NCBI GenBank assembly: GCA_964016885.1
Contig: OZ024766.1
Coordinates: 14,942,001-15,006,000 of the forward strand
DNA length: 64,000 nt
DNA from: Eledone cirrhosa
Taxonomy: Eukaryota
Direction of reading: 5' to 3'
In this document: one piece after another, positions 39,290 through 52,440 of the stretch
How the letters are laid out: every line of letters begins with the position of its first letter
Position numbering within the stretch: position 1 is the stretch's first letter
The notes under the pieces: model-generated
Told to the model about the DNA's origin: nothing
The model's input: only the letters and a program-made list of their open reading frames with translations
Databases searched by the model: none
Position numbers and translations under genes: made by a program

Positions 39290-42200
39290 CAAATCAGTAA
39301 AGCAAAGCTACCACCTGTTTGATGGGTGGACCGCGGAATTTGGAAAGTCTAACCACTCAATGACAATGTCACAGATAAAGATAAATTCTCCTCCCGCTGC
39401 AGGATGATCAACATAATTCCGTCTCCCACACCCCTCCAACCCATCCATCCCAACTTCAGAGTTGGTACCATGAACGTAGGCACATTGAAAAGTCGCTCAA
39501 ATGAGGTTGTAGAGATGCTTGAACGGAAAGAAGTTGATGTTTGTTGTATTCAAGAGACTAGGTGGAGAGGGGGATCTGCCAGATTCATCGTGGGTAAAAA
39601 ACGATGCTATAAACTTTTCTGGGTGGGAAATGACAACGGACAGGGTAGTGTAGGAATTATGTTAGCTGAAAAATGGGTGGATAAGGTAATTGACGTAAAT
39701 AGAGTGAATGACAGAATAATTAAAATGAGACTAGTCCTAAATAGAATTACTGTGACAATAATATCTGCTTATGCACCCCAATCTGGTCTACCTGATGTTA
39801 TAAAGGACAGGTTCTATGAGATGCTAATGCACACTACCTCCCAAATAACCGACAGTGACTACTTAATCATTGCTAGCGATCTAAACAGTCACGTTGGACA
39901 ACATAGTGATGGCTATGATGGAATCCATGGAGGCTATGGGGTTGGAAATAGAAATGAGGAGGGCTTCAGAATCCTAGAATTCTGTGACACTAATAACCTA
40001 ACTCTCTGTAATACAAACTTCAAAAAACAAGACAATCACTTGATCACCTATAGATCAGGGGAACACGCCAGTCAGATAGATTATATACTTACTAGAAGAC
40101 GTGACAAAGTGTCTGTTGTAAACACTAAATCCCTCCCCCGTGAAGAATGCCCCTCCCAACATCGCCTAGTAGTTAGTGACCTCATAGTCAGGAATAGACG
40201 TACTCCAGGACAGAGGAGGCCTACCTTGAGGAAAAGAATATGGAAGTTAAAGGACCCCATAGCCAGTGACAAATTTAAAAGCTTATTACTTGATGCCTTT
40301 GACAATAAGGAAGAGCAATTAGAGATGTGCAATAGAGAGGAACAGTGGCAGTTCTTGAAAGTGAACCTGCTGAAAGCAACGGATGAAATCTGTGGCTGGA
40401 GCAGACCTATTGGCAGGAGGAGAGTAACTTGGTGGTGGAACAGTAACGTGGAGGAGACAATCAAGGCCAAAAAGAAGGCTTGGAAAGTATGGCAGGATGG
40501 GGGAAGTAGAGAGCACTATCAAGTGGCCAGCAGAGAAGCTAGGAGACAAGTGTACCTTGCAAAAAGGGAAGCAGGGGAAAGAAAGATCAAGCATGTTCTA
40601 CAGCAAGAGGACCAAAAACGTGAGGTGTTCAGGATTGCTAGACAGTGTGTCAAAGAAAACCGTGATATTGTCGGGGAAAAGTGTGTCCATAATGATAATG
40701 GTGTACTTACCCTCACTTTTACTGATAAGCCTGGAAGTGTCACTACGAGAGACTATTAAATGAGGAGAATAAATGGGAAAGAGATAGTCTGCCCCAAATC
40801 GATCCAATAGAAGGACCAGTGGTGCAGGTTAAAGATATGAAGACAGGCAAGGCAGCTGGCCCTTCAGAGATAGTTGCATAGATGTTGAAGGCATCTGCAA
40901 TGGTGGGACACACTATGGTCACCCGTATAGTTAACCAAGTAATAATGAATGGGGTCATATCAAAAGACTGGCGTAGCAGTATCATCATTAACTGCTACAA
41001 GGGTAAAGGGGATGCTCTAGATAGGGGAAACTATGGAGGCATTAAGTTAGTTGATCAGGTCCTGAAGGTCACAGAGAGCAACTTGATCTAGATGAAATGC
41101 AGTTTGGGTTTATGTCAGGTAAAAGTACCACAGACACTCTTTTCATTGTACGACAACTACAAGAGAAGTACCTAGCTAAAAGTAAACCCCTCTACTTAGC
41201 TTTTGTAGACCTGGAAAAAGCCTTTGACAGAGTCCGCCGCTCCATTATCTGGTGGGCTCTTAGAAAACTAGATGTAGATGAATGGCTTGTGAGAGCTATA
41301 CAAGCTATGTATAATGAAACAGTCAGTAAGGTTAGAATTAACAATAATATTGTCAAGAATTTAGCGTAAAAGTTGGTGTTCATCAAGGCTCTGTCCTTAG
41401 CCCCCTCCTATTTATTATTGCCCTTCAGGCTATAACAGAGGAGTTCAAGACTGGCTGCCCATGGGAACTCCTATACGCAGATGATCTAACTCTCATAGCT
41501 GAATCTATGGCTGAACTAGAGAAGAAAAAACATGGAAGCATGGCCTAGAATCAAAAGGCCTTAAAGTTAACTTGTCTAAGACTAAAGTTCTAGTTTGTAG
41601 AAAGGAAAATAGCGCACCAGTCCCATCTGGGAAATGGCCATGCTCAGTGTGTAGGAAAGGAGTAGGCAGAAATTCCATTTTATGTCCCAAATGCAAAGTA
41701 TGGGTACATAAAAGATGTAGTGGGATCACAGGTAAACTATCTAAGAACGTAGACTTTATATGTGGCCAATGCTCAGGTGCAATAAGTAGCAAGTGTCCAC
41801 AGGATACTAGCTCCTTCTATTGCCCAGATGGTTCTATAGAAATAGTAGACACTTTCCGTTACCTGGGTGACGAAATCAACAGTGGTGGAGGGTGTTCTGA
41901 AAGTACAGTAGCCAGAGTCAGAACGGGATGGAAAAAGTTCAGAGAGATTATACCACTGTTGGCCACTAAAGGTTTCTCTCTAAAAATGAAAGACAGATTG
42001 TATGATGCCTGTATACGAACAGCAATGCTACATGGCAGTGAGACATGGGCATTACGTGCAGAGGACCTGCGCAGACTGGAAAGGAACGAAGCTTGCATGC
42101 TCCGTTGGATGTGTAATAGTAATATACGTGAATGGCAAAGCATAAATGAACTAAGTGAGAAATTAGGAATAAGAGGGATCAGATGCTGTTTACTTGAGAG

Positions 42201-42838
42201 AAGACTACATTGGTATGGTCACATGATGCCCATGAAAGACAATAGCTGCATTAAAAAGTGCAGGGCGATCAAAATTGATGGTAGTTACGGAGTAGGTAAA
42301 CCCAGAAAAACCTGGGACGACTTGATAAATTCCGACCTCACACACTTACACCTCTCCAAGACAATGTCACTGGAGTGAGATCTTTGGCGCTACGCAGTAA
42401 TACAGAAGACCCACCTTGCCTATGTACAAAGTGAAACCTACAGTCAGTAGCCACCTCTTAAGCAAATATACACCCCAATCCACTACCCCTACCCTATCCT
42501 CCCACTCCCACCAACACCACCCTCTCTCTGTAAAATTGGTACCACAACATCCAGTCCAAATAAATGAGATAATGAGATCGACATCGTGTAGGTGTCACGA
42601 CAAAAAAACACACAGTCCACGCTGTAATGTGACCGTGTAGGTAACACGGTAAAAAGTTCCCAGTTCCACACTGTACATGTGGTTGGTGTTAGGAAGGGCA
42701 TCCAGCCGTAGAAAACCTGCCAGATAGTCCTATATGAGCAATACACGGTCACCACCCAACCTTGCCTCAAGTGCGACAACTCCCGTCTAACCCATGCTAG
42801 CATGGAAGATGGACTTTAAACGAAGATGATGATGATGA
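39290..42838 (+). mobile_element. Near full-length RTE-clade LINE, inactivated
   Basis: APE domain ORF 39404-40759; RT in pieces 40882-42378 with frameshifts, stops and small deletions; (ATG)n tail. Confidence 0.93.
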
Positions 42839-43829
42839 TATACATATTATAGATACAATATGTACAGTATATATTATACACGATATATGATGTCCAAGAG
42901 AAAGGCTATAGCTGATACAGCTTGGCACCAGTGATATCACAGCATATATACTATATATACATATATATACACTATGTACAATATATATATACACTATATA
43001 TATATTATATATACACTATGTACAGTAAATATAAACTATGCATATAATATATACACTGTGTACAGTATCTATACACTATATATGATGTGCAAGAGAAAGG
43101 TAATGGCTGATACAGCTTGGCACAAGTGACATCACAACATATATATATATACTGTATATATACACTATATACATATTATATATATACTGTGTACAGTATA
43201 TAATATACACTATATATATGTCCAGAGAAAAGTTATGGTCGATACAGCTTGGCACTAGTGACATCACAGCTCATTTCTACAGCTGAGTAAACTGGAGCAA
43301 TGTGAAATAAAGTGTTGCTCAAGGACACAACACAACACCCCGTCCGAGAATTGAACTCACCACCTTTTAATTGCAAGCCCAATGCTCTAACCACTGAGCC
43401 ATGGTACATTCCAGAACCAACCGTGATATAGAGAGACCATAAAGACAACCGTTGTTTCAATAATTTCAGCCTTAAAATACCTCTCATACATGCTTTAAGT
43501 ACATATAAACTCATTAAAACACACTTTTGTATTTAAACACCAAAAACAGCCAGTAACGATCTTATAGAAACTACCACCAACTACCGTACCATTAGTTACC
43601 AATGAGGACCATTGCCAGCCACGGTAGCCACTTGGTAATACACTGCACATCTCCCGTCAATCTATGAAGGGTTTGTAGTAGATTAGAGCAAAACACAATC
43701 AGTAAAACAATAATGGAATGAAAAATAAAAACATTTGTTCATAATTAAAGCCTTAAGATGTCCCTTCCTTACGATATACACTTTAATAACATTGAAACTT
43801 ATTTAATATGTTTAAAATTTAAACACTTT

Positions 43830-43990
43830 TTATTCAGACGTACCGCGAAAAGAAACTAGATATGTTTTAACGAATAATCCGCGATGTGGCGAGGATTACC
43901 GCGATAGGAAATTAGATACGTTCCAAAGAAATATCCGCGATGTAACGGGACCGCGAAAAGTGAACCGCGATATAGCGGGGGATTACTGTA
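43830..43990. mobile_element. Tc1/pogo (Tigger-like) terminal fragment
   Basis: End ccgcgatatagcgggggattactg|ta with repeated ccgcga subterminal motifs. Confidence 0.6.
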
Positions 43991-44268
43991 TATATACACA
44001 CACAATATACATCTATCTATATATACTCATAACATTTATTTCGATGTTTGACATTAAAATGTTGACAACTGTTTCTTGTTTGAGGTTGTTCCAGTGGTTG
44101 AAATATAGACGGAGGTATTTTAAATAATAAAAACAGTCATGATAACAGAATATTTTATATCACATGTAACAGTGGAATCTGGTTAATTACTGGATCGTTG
44201 TAGGGTTCACATAATTATATTATTTACACATATTAATATAGACATTAAGTAAATCTTTGTCAACTTAC

Positions 44269-44475
44269 CTCCTTCACATATAATCAATGTGTTGTGTTGT
44301 TAGTTTTTACTAAACAACCAAAGAAATAATCTCTTTGTTATCAAATTAGAAGTTTCAATGTTATCAGCTTTAATTCACGACATTAACGTTGGTGTATCTT
44401 CTTCATCTTTAGTCATAAATTGATATATTGTCAGAATGAAGTAGTGAGGCTGACTTTATGTCTTTAGCTACAGAT
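44269..44475 (-). other. Putative non-coding (5'UTR) exon upstream of the ZNF gene
   Basis: ttcctatcag| ... gag|gtaagt; the paralog at 53817-54026 keeps the donor but has lost the acceptor AG. Confidence 0.4.
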
Positions 44476-44667
44476 CTGATAGGAAATATATATATATTAT
44501 GTTGATATGTGGTCTAAAATATATATATTGTCTATAAATGACTGATAGCAGATGTTCTGGTGAAATAGTAGTTTTACTACTACAGATTGTAATGGAACTC
44601 TTAGTAGACACAATTGTAAAGTAAGAATAGATATGACAGTGTAAGACTGATGTCGGGGAAATAAACT

Positions 44668-44718
<51 letters not shown>

Positions 44719-46630
44719 GTTACACAAGATATAATTAGATTAATTAAAGTTATAATTGTTTCTACTTTAGGCACAAGGCCAGCAAAGACTCAGTGCATTA
44801 CTGGTACTTTTTTTATCGACCCCGTAAGGATGAAAGGCAAAGTCAACCTCGGCGGGATTTGAACTCAGACCGTAAAGGGACGTAACTATGCTGGAAAGCT
44901 TAATCCGACCCTCTACCGATACTGCCAAGTTATAATGAAGACAGCATGTACCCGGTGTCGTTGGTAATGTTTCAACTCTTCTACCGGTGTCATACGTTAA
45001 AAGTCCCTGATTAAATTTAATACATTCAGACACAGTCCCAATCGTATTTAATCGCTGGCAAATCAAAAAGTATCACTCAGTAAAATATCAATTATATATC
45101 TACGTAGTCTCTCACCCTGCTAGAAATAGCAGTGAAATTATCCATTACAGATTTATTTTTCTTTAAACTCTTACGTTTAGTTAAACAATCCACAACAGCA
45201 AGTCTTTTGTACAGACTTCAGAATAAGCTCGAAAACCGCCAGAATATCCTCCTCCTTCTTGCTATATATATATATACACACGCACACATATAATATATAT
45301 ACAGTGAAATTCCGTTATAACGAAATTCACGCAGTATGAAAATAATTCGTTGTAACGAAAAATTCTTTATAAACGAATCAAATCGTTTGTTTGTTGTTCA
45401 ATTGTATTCTAGTTATGGTGTTTCACATGGAACCTTATATATATAACACAGAGAAGTATAGAGTCCAGGTGAAAATATAAGACAACATATAATCTAATAA
45501 GAAGGTTAAAGAAAAGAAGGAAAAACAAGTGAAATGAAAGAGAAAGTTGAAAGGAAAAGGTAGAAAAGAATCATTGAAATAATTATTCTACAAAGTGTTC
45601 TGTCTCATTTAGAAAGTGTTTTCTATGTTGGCCAGCTAAAATCTTCCCTCACTCAATTGTATCAAGTTCATTAGTTAATCCTAACTTTCCTGTAAAAAAT
45701 TACTGATTTAAACAACAACTTTTTGGCTAAAACCACTAACAATAAGAAATATGTTTGTTTCGAGAGAAGGAGTGAAGACCTTTATGTGGTGACTTGACAT
45801 GTTGGAAATAGCAGCCAAATTTCTTTCAGGTTACATACCTTCTTGAATTAAGAAAGGACTGTTTGGTCGGTTGCTTTAAACCTACATAAGTAGATATAAT
45901 TCAGACTAAGGGTCAGACCTGTAGTAATTGAATGAATTTCTCCACAATTTAGCTGTTCATATTATAGATAATCTTGCCTGTGTTGAAATATGAAACCACA
46001 GAAGCATCACTATCGCAGCCTTGATCGTGGTTCAGTGACACTACATGCTCAACCCATCGGCCAACAGCTCCTACCAACAACCAACACAACACCCAACTCT
46101 ATCTCTTTTTATTTACAACATTATGACGACAGTATGATCTGAGTTCAAATCCATCCGAGGTTAACTTTGCCTTTCATCCTTACGGGGTCGATAAAATAAA
46201 GTACCCGTAATGCACTGAGGTTGATTTAATCTACTTTCCTCTCCCCCAAAATTGTTGGCCTTATGCCTATATAAGGAACCAATATTATCACGCTGGTTAT
46301 GTTAACAAATAAACTGTTTATTTAGATTTTAACAATAATTTAGATCAATTATAATAATTTCCTTTCATAGATATTATAATCAAACATAATTTAATCATAC
46401 ATTGTAGTTTTTAATAAGTTAATAATAATTCATTGTATTTATATATATAAATAAAATATTGTAAGTGCATAACTGTCCATCTATATGGATAAAAATATAT
46501 TTTTCATACATATATACATTTTCAGACGTATACACATAAGTGTATATATATATATAGACATCTTTATATTTATATATATATATATATATATATGATAAAG
46601 AACACAAGAGCGTCTACAACATCAACAGAT

Positions 46631-46692
46631 TTTTATTGGCTTACAATGTTTCTTCCTTACGTAACCGTAGGATTCGTCAGAGCTATAAAAGG
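46631..46692 (-). ncRNA. Type I minimal hammerhead ribozyme motif
   Basis: ttttatagct-CTGACGA-atcctacg gtta cgtaaggaa-GAAA-catt-GTA-agccaataaaa; lies in a ~220-bp island between (TA)n tracts. Confidence 0.65.
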
Positions 46693-46912
46693 GGTTTGAT
46701 TGGTGTTATGGACTCTACCAACCAAACATTCAAGAACAAAGAGTAAAGAGAGTAAAGAGCAAAAGTAGGGGGCGATAAGTCTAACTCCTATTAACCTAAG
46801 TATTATATATATATATATTCATATACATATATATATATATACACTTGTAAAATATTTAATGGAATACATATCTATAAATATATGTGTGTAGATATATATA
46901 TATATATGTGTG

Positions 46913-47960
46913 TCATCATCATCACCGCTTTACGTCCGTTCTTCCATGCTAGCATGGGTTAGACGGGTTGTCCTGTTGTGGGCAGTGTCTGGTCGGCTGA
47001 CCATGCCTTGCTCATACGGGAACTGATTTGGCTTGATTTCTACAGCTGGATGCCCTTCCTAACACCAACCTCATTTACAGTGAGTGCTGGGTGCTTTTTC
47101 GTGGCGCCTACACGTCCACTTTACAGTGTGGGCTGGGTGCTTTTTTGCCGTGGCACCTCCACGACTACTTTGCAGTGGGAGGGTGTGGGGGCATATTGGC
47201 TATATGCTTCAGCTTGTACCCATGGGAGGTCGGGTACTCTGTATTACTGTGTGACGCCAGAGGTCACGGTCGTGTGTCATCGCCTTTGAGAGGTGTAATT
47301 GGGTAAGGTCGGCTTTTATCACCTCATCCCAGGTCATCTGGGTCTCCCCACTCCGCGGTTTACATCGACTTCTAGTGCTCTGCACCTTTTTATGCAGCTG
47401 TCATCCTTCATACACATCACATGTCCATACCAGCGCAACCGCCTCTCCTGCACACAGCATTTGATTCCTCTTATGCTCAGTCTCTCTCTCAATTCATTTA
47501 TGCTTTGTCGTTCACGTATATTACTATTACACATCCATCGGAGCATGCAGGCTTCGTTTCTCTCTAATCTACGTAAGTCTTCCACCTTCAGCGCCCAGGT
47601 CTCACTACCATGCAACATCGCTGTTCGGATACACGCATCATACAGTCTGCCTTTCATTCTGAGGGAGAAGCCTTTTGCAGCTAACAGTGGCAGTAGCTCC
47701 CTAAACTTCTTCCATCCCGTTCTTACCCTAGTTATTGTACTTTCTGAACACCCACCTCCGCTGCTAATTCGGTCACCTAGGTAGCAGAAGCTGTCTACTG
47801 TCTCTACAGAGCCCTCCCAGAGATTGGTGGTACTTGTTTCCTGTGGCTGTTTGCTGCTTGCTGTCCCAGTACAGCTGCTGCATGTGAAGCCTCTTAATTA
47901 AGCTTCCTGAGATCCCGCTACATCTCTTGTGTACCCATTGTTTGCATTTGGGGCAGAGAA
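46913..47960 (-). mobile_element. 5'-truncated RTE LINE (sister subfamily)
   Basis: MKGRLYDACIRTAMLHGSETW...LRWYGHV; UTR and tail present. Confidence 0.88.
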
Positions 47961-48012
47961 TTTTTCTTTGTATATTAATCATCTTTTAACATATATGTGT
48001 ATATAAAATATA

Positions 48013-48090
48013 TACAGGGTCTCCCCAAAAATGTATACACACTTCAACTACAGTCTATGTAAGTGTGTATACATTTTGGGGGGACACTGT
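48013..48090. mobile_element. Tiny Tc1/mariner MITE (~80 bp, TA-flanked)
   Basis: tacagggtctccccaaaaatgtatacacactt / aagtgtgtatacattttgggggacactgta; an inverted copy lies at 49529-49609. Confidence 0.7.
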
Positions 48091-48762
48091 AATATACATA
48101 TCATTAAACATCTGTACTCAGATCGTAAAGGGACGTAACTATGCTGGAAAGCATGGCGTCCGACCCTCTACCGATACTGCCAAATGTGGCTGAATTAGTA
48201 GCGGCTCGGCTTACTAACCTCAGCTCTCTCATCTTACAAGGGTTTGAATCTCGCGTAGTTCACTATAGTGTCTACAGAGTTATCTCCTGCTGCTTTTATA
48301 TAGTATCATTGTTTACTGTAAAGAGGGCGCTACAATCATTTACTAGTGCGAGCAGTCTGGCTTACTAACGCCAGGACTAACTTTACTACTATAGTGTCTA
48401 CAGAGTTATCTCCTACTGCTTTTATATAGTATCACTGTTTACGCTACAGAGGGCGCTACAGTCATTTACTAGTGTGACCAATGGTTTGCAGTCTGGCTTA
48501 CTAACGCCAGGACTAAAGTGTTACATGGTTCCAACCGGGCTGGTTCCTTAATTTTTAAAAAGAGTTATCACCCATAGTCTTTCAGAGATTCCTCGAAAGG
48601 TGGCGTGGCGATCTGCTTTCATGAGGAGTAGTAAGAGACAATAATATATGTAAGGAGGAGGAGTGAGAGAGACAAAAACAAAACTGTCTTAATTCTCTCT
48701 CCCCCTCTCTTCTTTTACTCTATCTACCTGTTATGTCTTCATTTCACTGTTTTATTGTCTTA

Positions 48763-48800
48763 CTAGCAGTGTATCCCGGCGTTGCACGGGTAAGAACATT
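48763..48800 (-). mobile_element. Isolated Helitron-type 3' terminus
   Basis: Minus strand reads cccgtgcaacgccggg hairpin, then atacactgCTAG|t. Confidence 0.55.
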
Positions 48801-48834
48801 GGTAATAGCACCTCCAATGAGAAACCTTTATTTG

Positions 48835-49090
48835 TGAGTGCCTGTTAAAAACTCACAAACTGGACATGCTCACCGACATCCAGAGTTGACACTGCACTCA
48901 GTGCTCCTGTGGGAGCCCCTGCATGGACACACTGGAAGAGGAAGACTGAGGTGAACATAAGTTGATGCCCTCAGGACAGACACTGGTTTGTTGGAGGTGC
49001 AGGACATGGCAGTGATAATGAGGGACAGAGACCCCTGGAGAGACCTCGTCTATGGTTCTTGGGAATTTTACCCGTCCTAGGTAGATAGAT
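48835..49090 (+). mobile_element. RTE/RTE-X-like LINE 3' fragment
   Basis: GHAHRHPE...LLWEPLHGHTGRGR...DALRTDTGL...MRDRDPW. Confidence 0.6.
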
Positions 49091-49209
49091 ATATTTTTAT
49101 GTGTATATTTATATATATGTATATGTGTATATATATATATATATATGCGTGTATATGTATGTATATCTATACAAATATATAAAAGTGAAATTGTGTGTGT
49201 GTGTGTGTC

Positions 49210-49405
49210 CTGATTTTTGCACCGCCAAGGAAGCACCAGAGATGTCGCAGCCTCAGGGCGTGTTTGCGCATCATCAGCCGCAGCATGCCAAGCCCTCCAC
49301 GCAACGGGTGTTGACAGCAGATGAATAGTCTGACCATGGGAGCATGTCCCTTCCATAGAAAGCGGAAGAGGAGGTGCTCCATTTTTGTCAGAGTTGGGCC
49401 GGGGC
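49210..49405 (-). mobile_element. Tx1/L1-clade ORF2 fragment
   Basis: LFRFLWKG..PMV....CQHPLRGGLGM matches the L1/Tx1 post-RT FxW...P..GGLG motif. Confidence 0.65.
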
Positions 49406-49669
49406 AATATTTCCTAATTCCACTTAATTCCATTAAATATTCAATCTTGGTCGAAATAAATATTTTCATCTGTGACGATCTGTACAACCAATAATAGTAG
49501 GAGTCACGTTACATGATATGTATATATATACAGGATGTCCCTAAAATATGTATACACATTTACATAGACTGTAGTTGAAGTGTGTATACATTTTGGGGAG
49601 ACCCTGTATATATTTTATTTATACATATATATGTTAAAAGATGATTGATATATATATCTACACTCAAAT

Positions 49670-50192
49670 AAATTAATAAAATAATGAATAAACAAAGAAA
49701 CAGTTCTTTATATTAAAAAAAGTCATCATTTTACGATCGTTTCTAGGATATATATGTGTTAGAGTTGGTATGCATATTCTATAGATCTATGTACAATATT
49801 TATAAAAACTATCAGAGGGAATATACATACCTACACATATATATGCTGTCTTCAGAAATAATATTATTTCTGAAGACAGCATATATATGTGTAGGTATGT
49901 ACATTCCCTCTGATAGTTTGTATAAATATTGTACATAGATCTATAGAATATGCATATCACCTCTAACACATATATATCCTAGAAACGATCGTAAAATGAT
50001 GAATTTTTTAATATAAGGAACTGTTTCTTTGTTTATTCATTATTTTATTAATTTATCTTGACTCTGTTTTCCGTTTATTTTTCACCGAAAGTAGTTGTTG
50101 AATGCATCTTCTCTTTTCATGATATCTGGATTACATTGAGTTCTTCATACGGATTGGACACTACCGTAAACTTTTGGTAGATTTATCTACAT
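49670..50192. mobile_element. Palindromic PLE-like insertion with hammerhead motif and 13-bp TSD
   Basis: Spacer-less palindrome 49668-50056 centred at 49862/49863; CTGAAGA at 49870 ... GAAAcgatcGTA at 49982-49993; TCTACACTCAAAT at 49657 and 50193. Confidence 0.75.
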
Positions 50193-50258
50193 TCTACACT
50201 CAAATGTATATTTATATATTTATATATATATAAATATATATAAATATATTTATATATT

Positions 50259-50294
<36 letters not shown>

Positions 50295-52440
50295 AAGATA
50301 TATATATACTTTTACGTGTATACATCTGAAAATGTATATATGGATGTAAACATATACGTAAACATACATGTTTACATATAGATGGACAGTTATACATATA
50401 CAATAACTTATTTCTATACATACATGTACCACAAGGCATGGTGCTGCCAACTAACCAGAGCTCCCTCATAATGGACCAGCTAGATCCCAAAATACAGGCC
50501 TGCTAGCCAACACACAGTCCCAATAAGTGTAAACTACAGCGCAGCTATCTGGACTGACTTGTCTTAAGACTACTCATTATCCCACTACATCTTTTGTATA
50601 CTATATATATACTGTATATATACTGTTTATATATATATACACACACACATATAATTGTGTATTCACACATTATCTTAGTAATGAAATAATAATTTTAGTA
50701 AATTGTTCAAAATTCTTCATTAACCCTTTTGGTAGAAACCCAGCCAAAATAGGTTCTCCTTCTATGGAAATGGTTCCTATCTAAATTAAAGTCTTCCAAC
50801 GAAATTCTATATAACAACCATATGTTAAGTTACTATGTTAGTAATTAACTAACAATTGTGATAAATAGCCCAACATTATTCATAATTAATTGAAATACAA
50901 GGTTCATAATTATAATAAAATCTTCGAATAGGCTACAAAGCCGGTAAACCTGAAAGGTACGCAACACAAACATCGTTATAGCGTTTCACCAGCCCCCTCC
51001 TTCCTCAATCATTACATAGATGTGTGTATGTAATAATTATTTTGTATTGTGTGTCTATTTATGAATATGTATGTGTAGATGTGTGTGTGTTGTGTGTGTG
51101 TAACCCAGTAGATGTGTGTATGTAACACAGTAGATGTGTGTGTATGTAACTCAGCAGATGTGTGTGTATGTAACTCAGCAGATGTGTGTGTATGTAACTC
51201 AGCAGATGTGCGTGTATGTAACACAGTAGATGTGTGTGTGTGTAACACAGTATATGTATGTGTATGTAACACACTAGATGTGTCTGTATATATAACACAG
51301 TAGATGTGTATGTAACACAGTAGATGTGTGTATATGTAACACAGTTGATGTGTATATATAACACAGATGTGTATGTAACACAGTAGATGTGTATATATAA
51401 CACAGTAGATGTGTATATATAACACAGTAGATGTGTGTGTATGTAACACAGTAGATCTGTGTGTATATAACACAGTAGATGTGTGTGTATGTAACACAGT
51501 ACATGTATGTATATAACACAGTAGATGTGTGTGTATATAACACAGTAGATGTGTGTATGTAACACAGTAGATGTGTATGTAACTAAAGTGTAACGTACGT
51601 TACGAATGGACAACTAAAAGATTTTAACTTGTTTTTTAACAATTGATGGTGGAAACAAATTTAGATTGTCTCAATTCAGACCATAAAGGGCCGCAACACA
51701 CGGTTTGACACACTTACCGGCTACATAGCCTCGGAGTCTATTTTACTGAGACCAGCTACATATCTTCTTCCTAAAATCTTCCAACATAATTTTATACAAG
51801 AACCACATGTTAAGTTACTAATAAAATAATTAATAATTAAAAACTTCAGTAAATCCTTCAAATGATATCTCAGTAATGAAATAATTAATAATTGTTATAA
51901 ATACCTCAAAATTCCTCATTAATTAAACCCAAGACAGGTAAAAACTCCAGAGTCTTTCAATCGGACATGAAACAAATTAATTTCTAATGGAAGAAGTAAA
52001 GATTTTAAAGTCAGCCAAGGGAGATCACTCTCAGCGACTTATTGTAATTCTTGTTCCTGAATTAATCCGGATTAAAATATTCCGGTGTATTTTGTGTGGA
52101 GGAAACCGGATTTAGGCGGTGATAGCACGCAATACATGAACGTATGGTTCGTGAGTTCGAATCCCATACCGGGTGGTCTGTACGTCGGGGCCTTGAACAA
52201 GACACTTTATTTCTCATTGTTTTATTTCACCCAGCTGGCAAAAATAATAAGTTGTAATAATTATAGTGGAAATGTTGTTACATAGAATTGTCACACTGAA
52301 TCTCCCTGAGAAGAATGTCAACGGTATACGTGTCAATGAAATACTCAGACACATTATAATATAAGATGGGTTCTACATGTATTTCAAAGGGAAGCCATGC
52401 CATACGTCTTGCTGAATCTCCCTGAGAACTACGTATATAC

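Noticed and set aside
43669-43679. ACTACAAnnCCC (ZNF143-like) promoter motif
   Set aside because: A single short match with no independent support.
44058-44100. Minus-strand GAAACAGTTGTC hammerhead half
   Set aside because: The CUGANGA box is missing; too degenerate to call.
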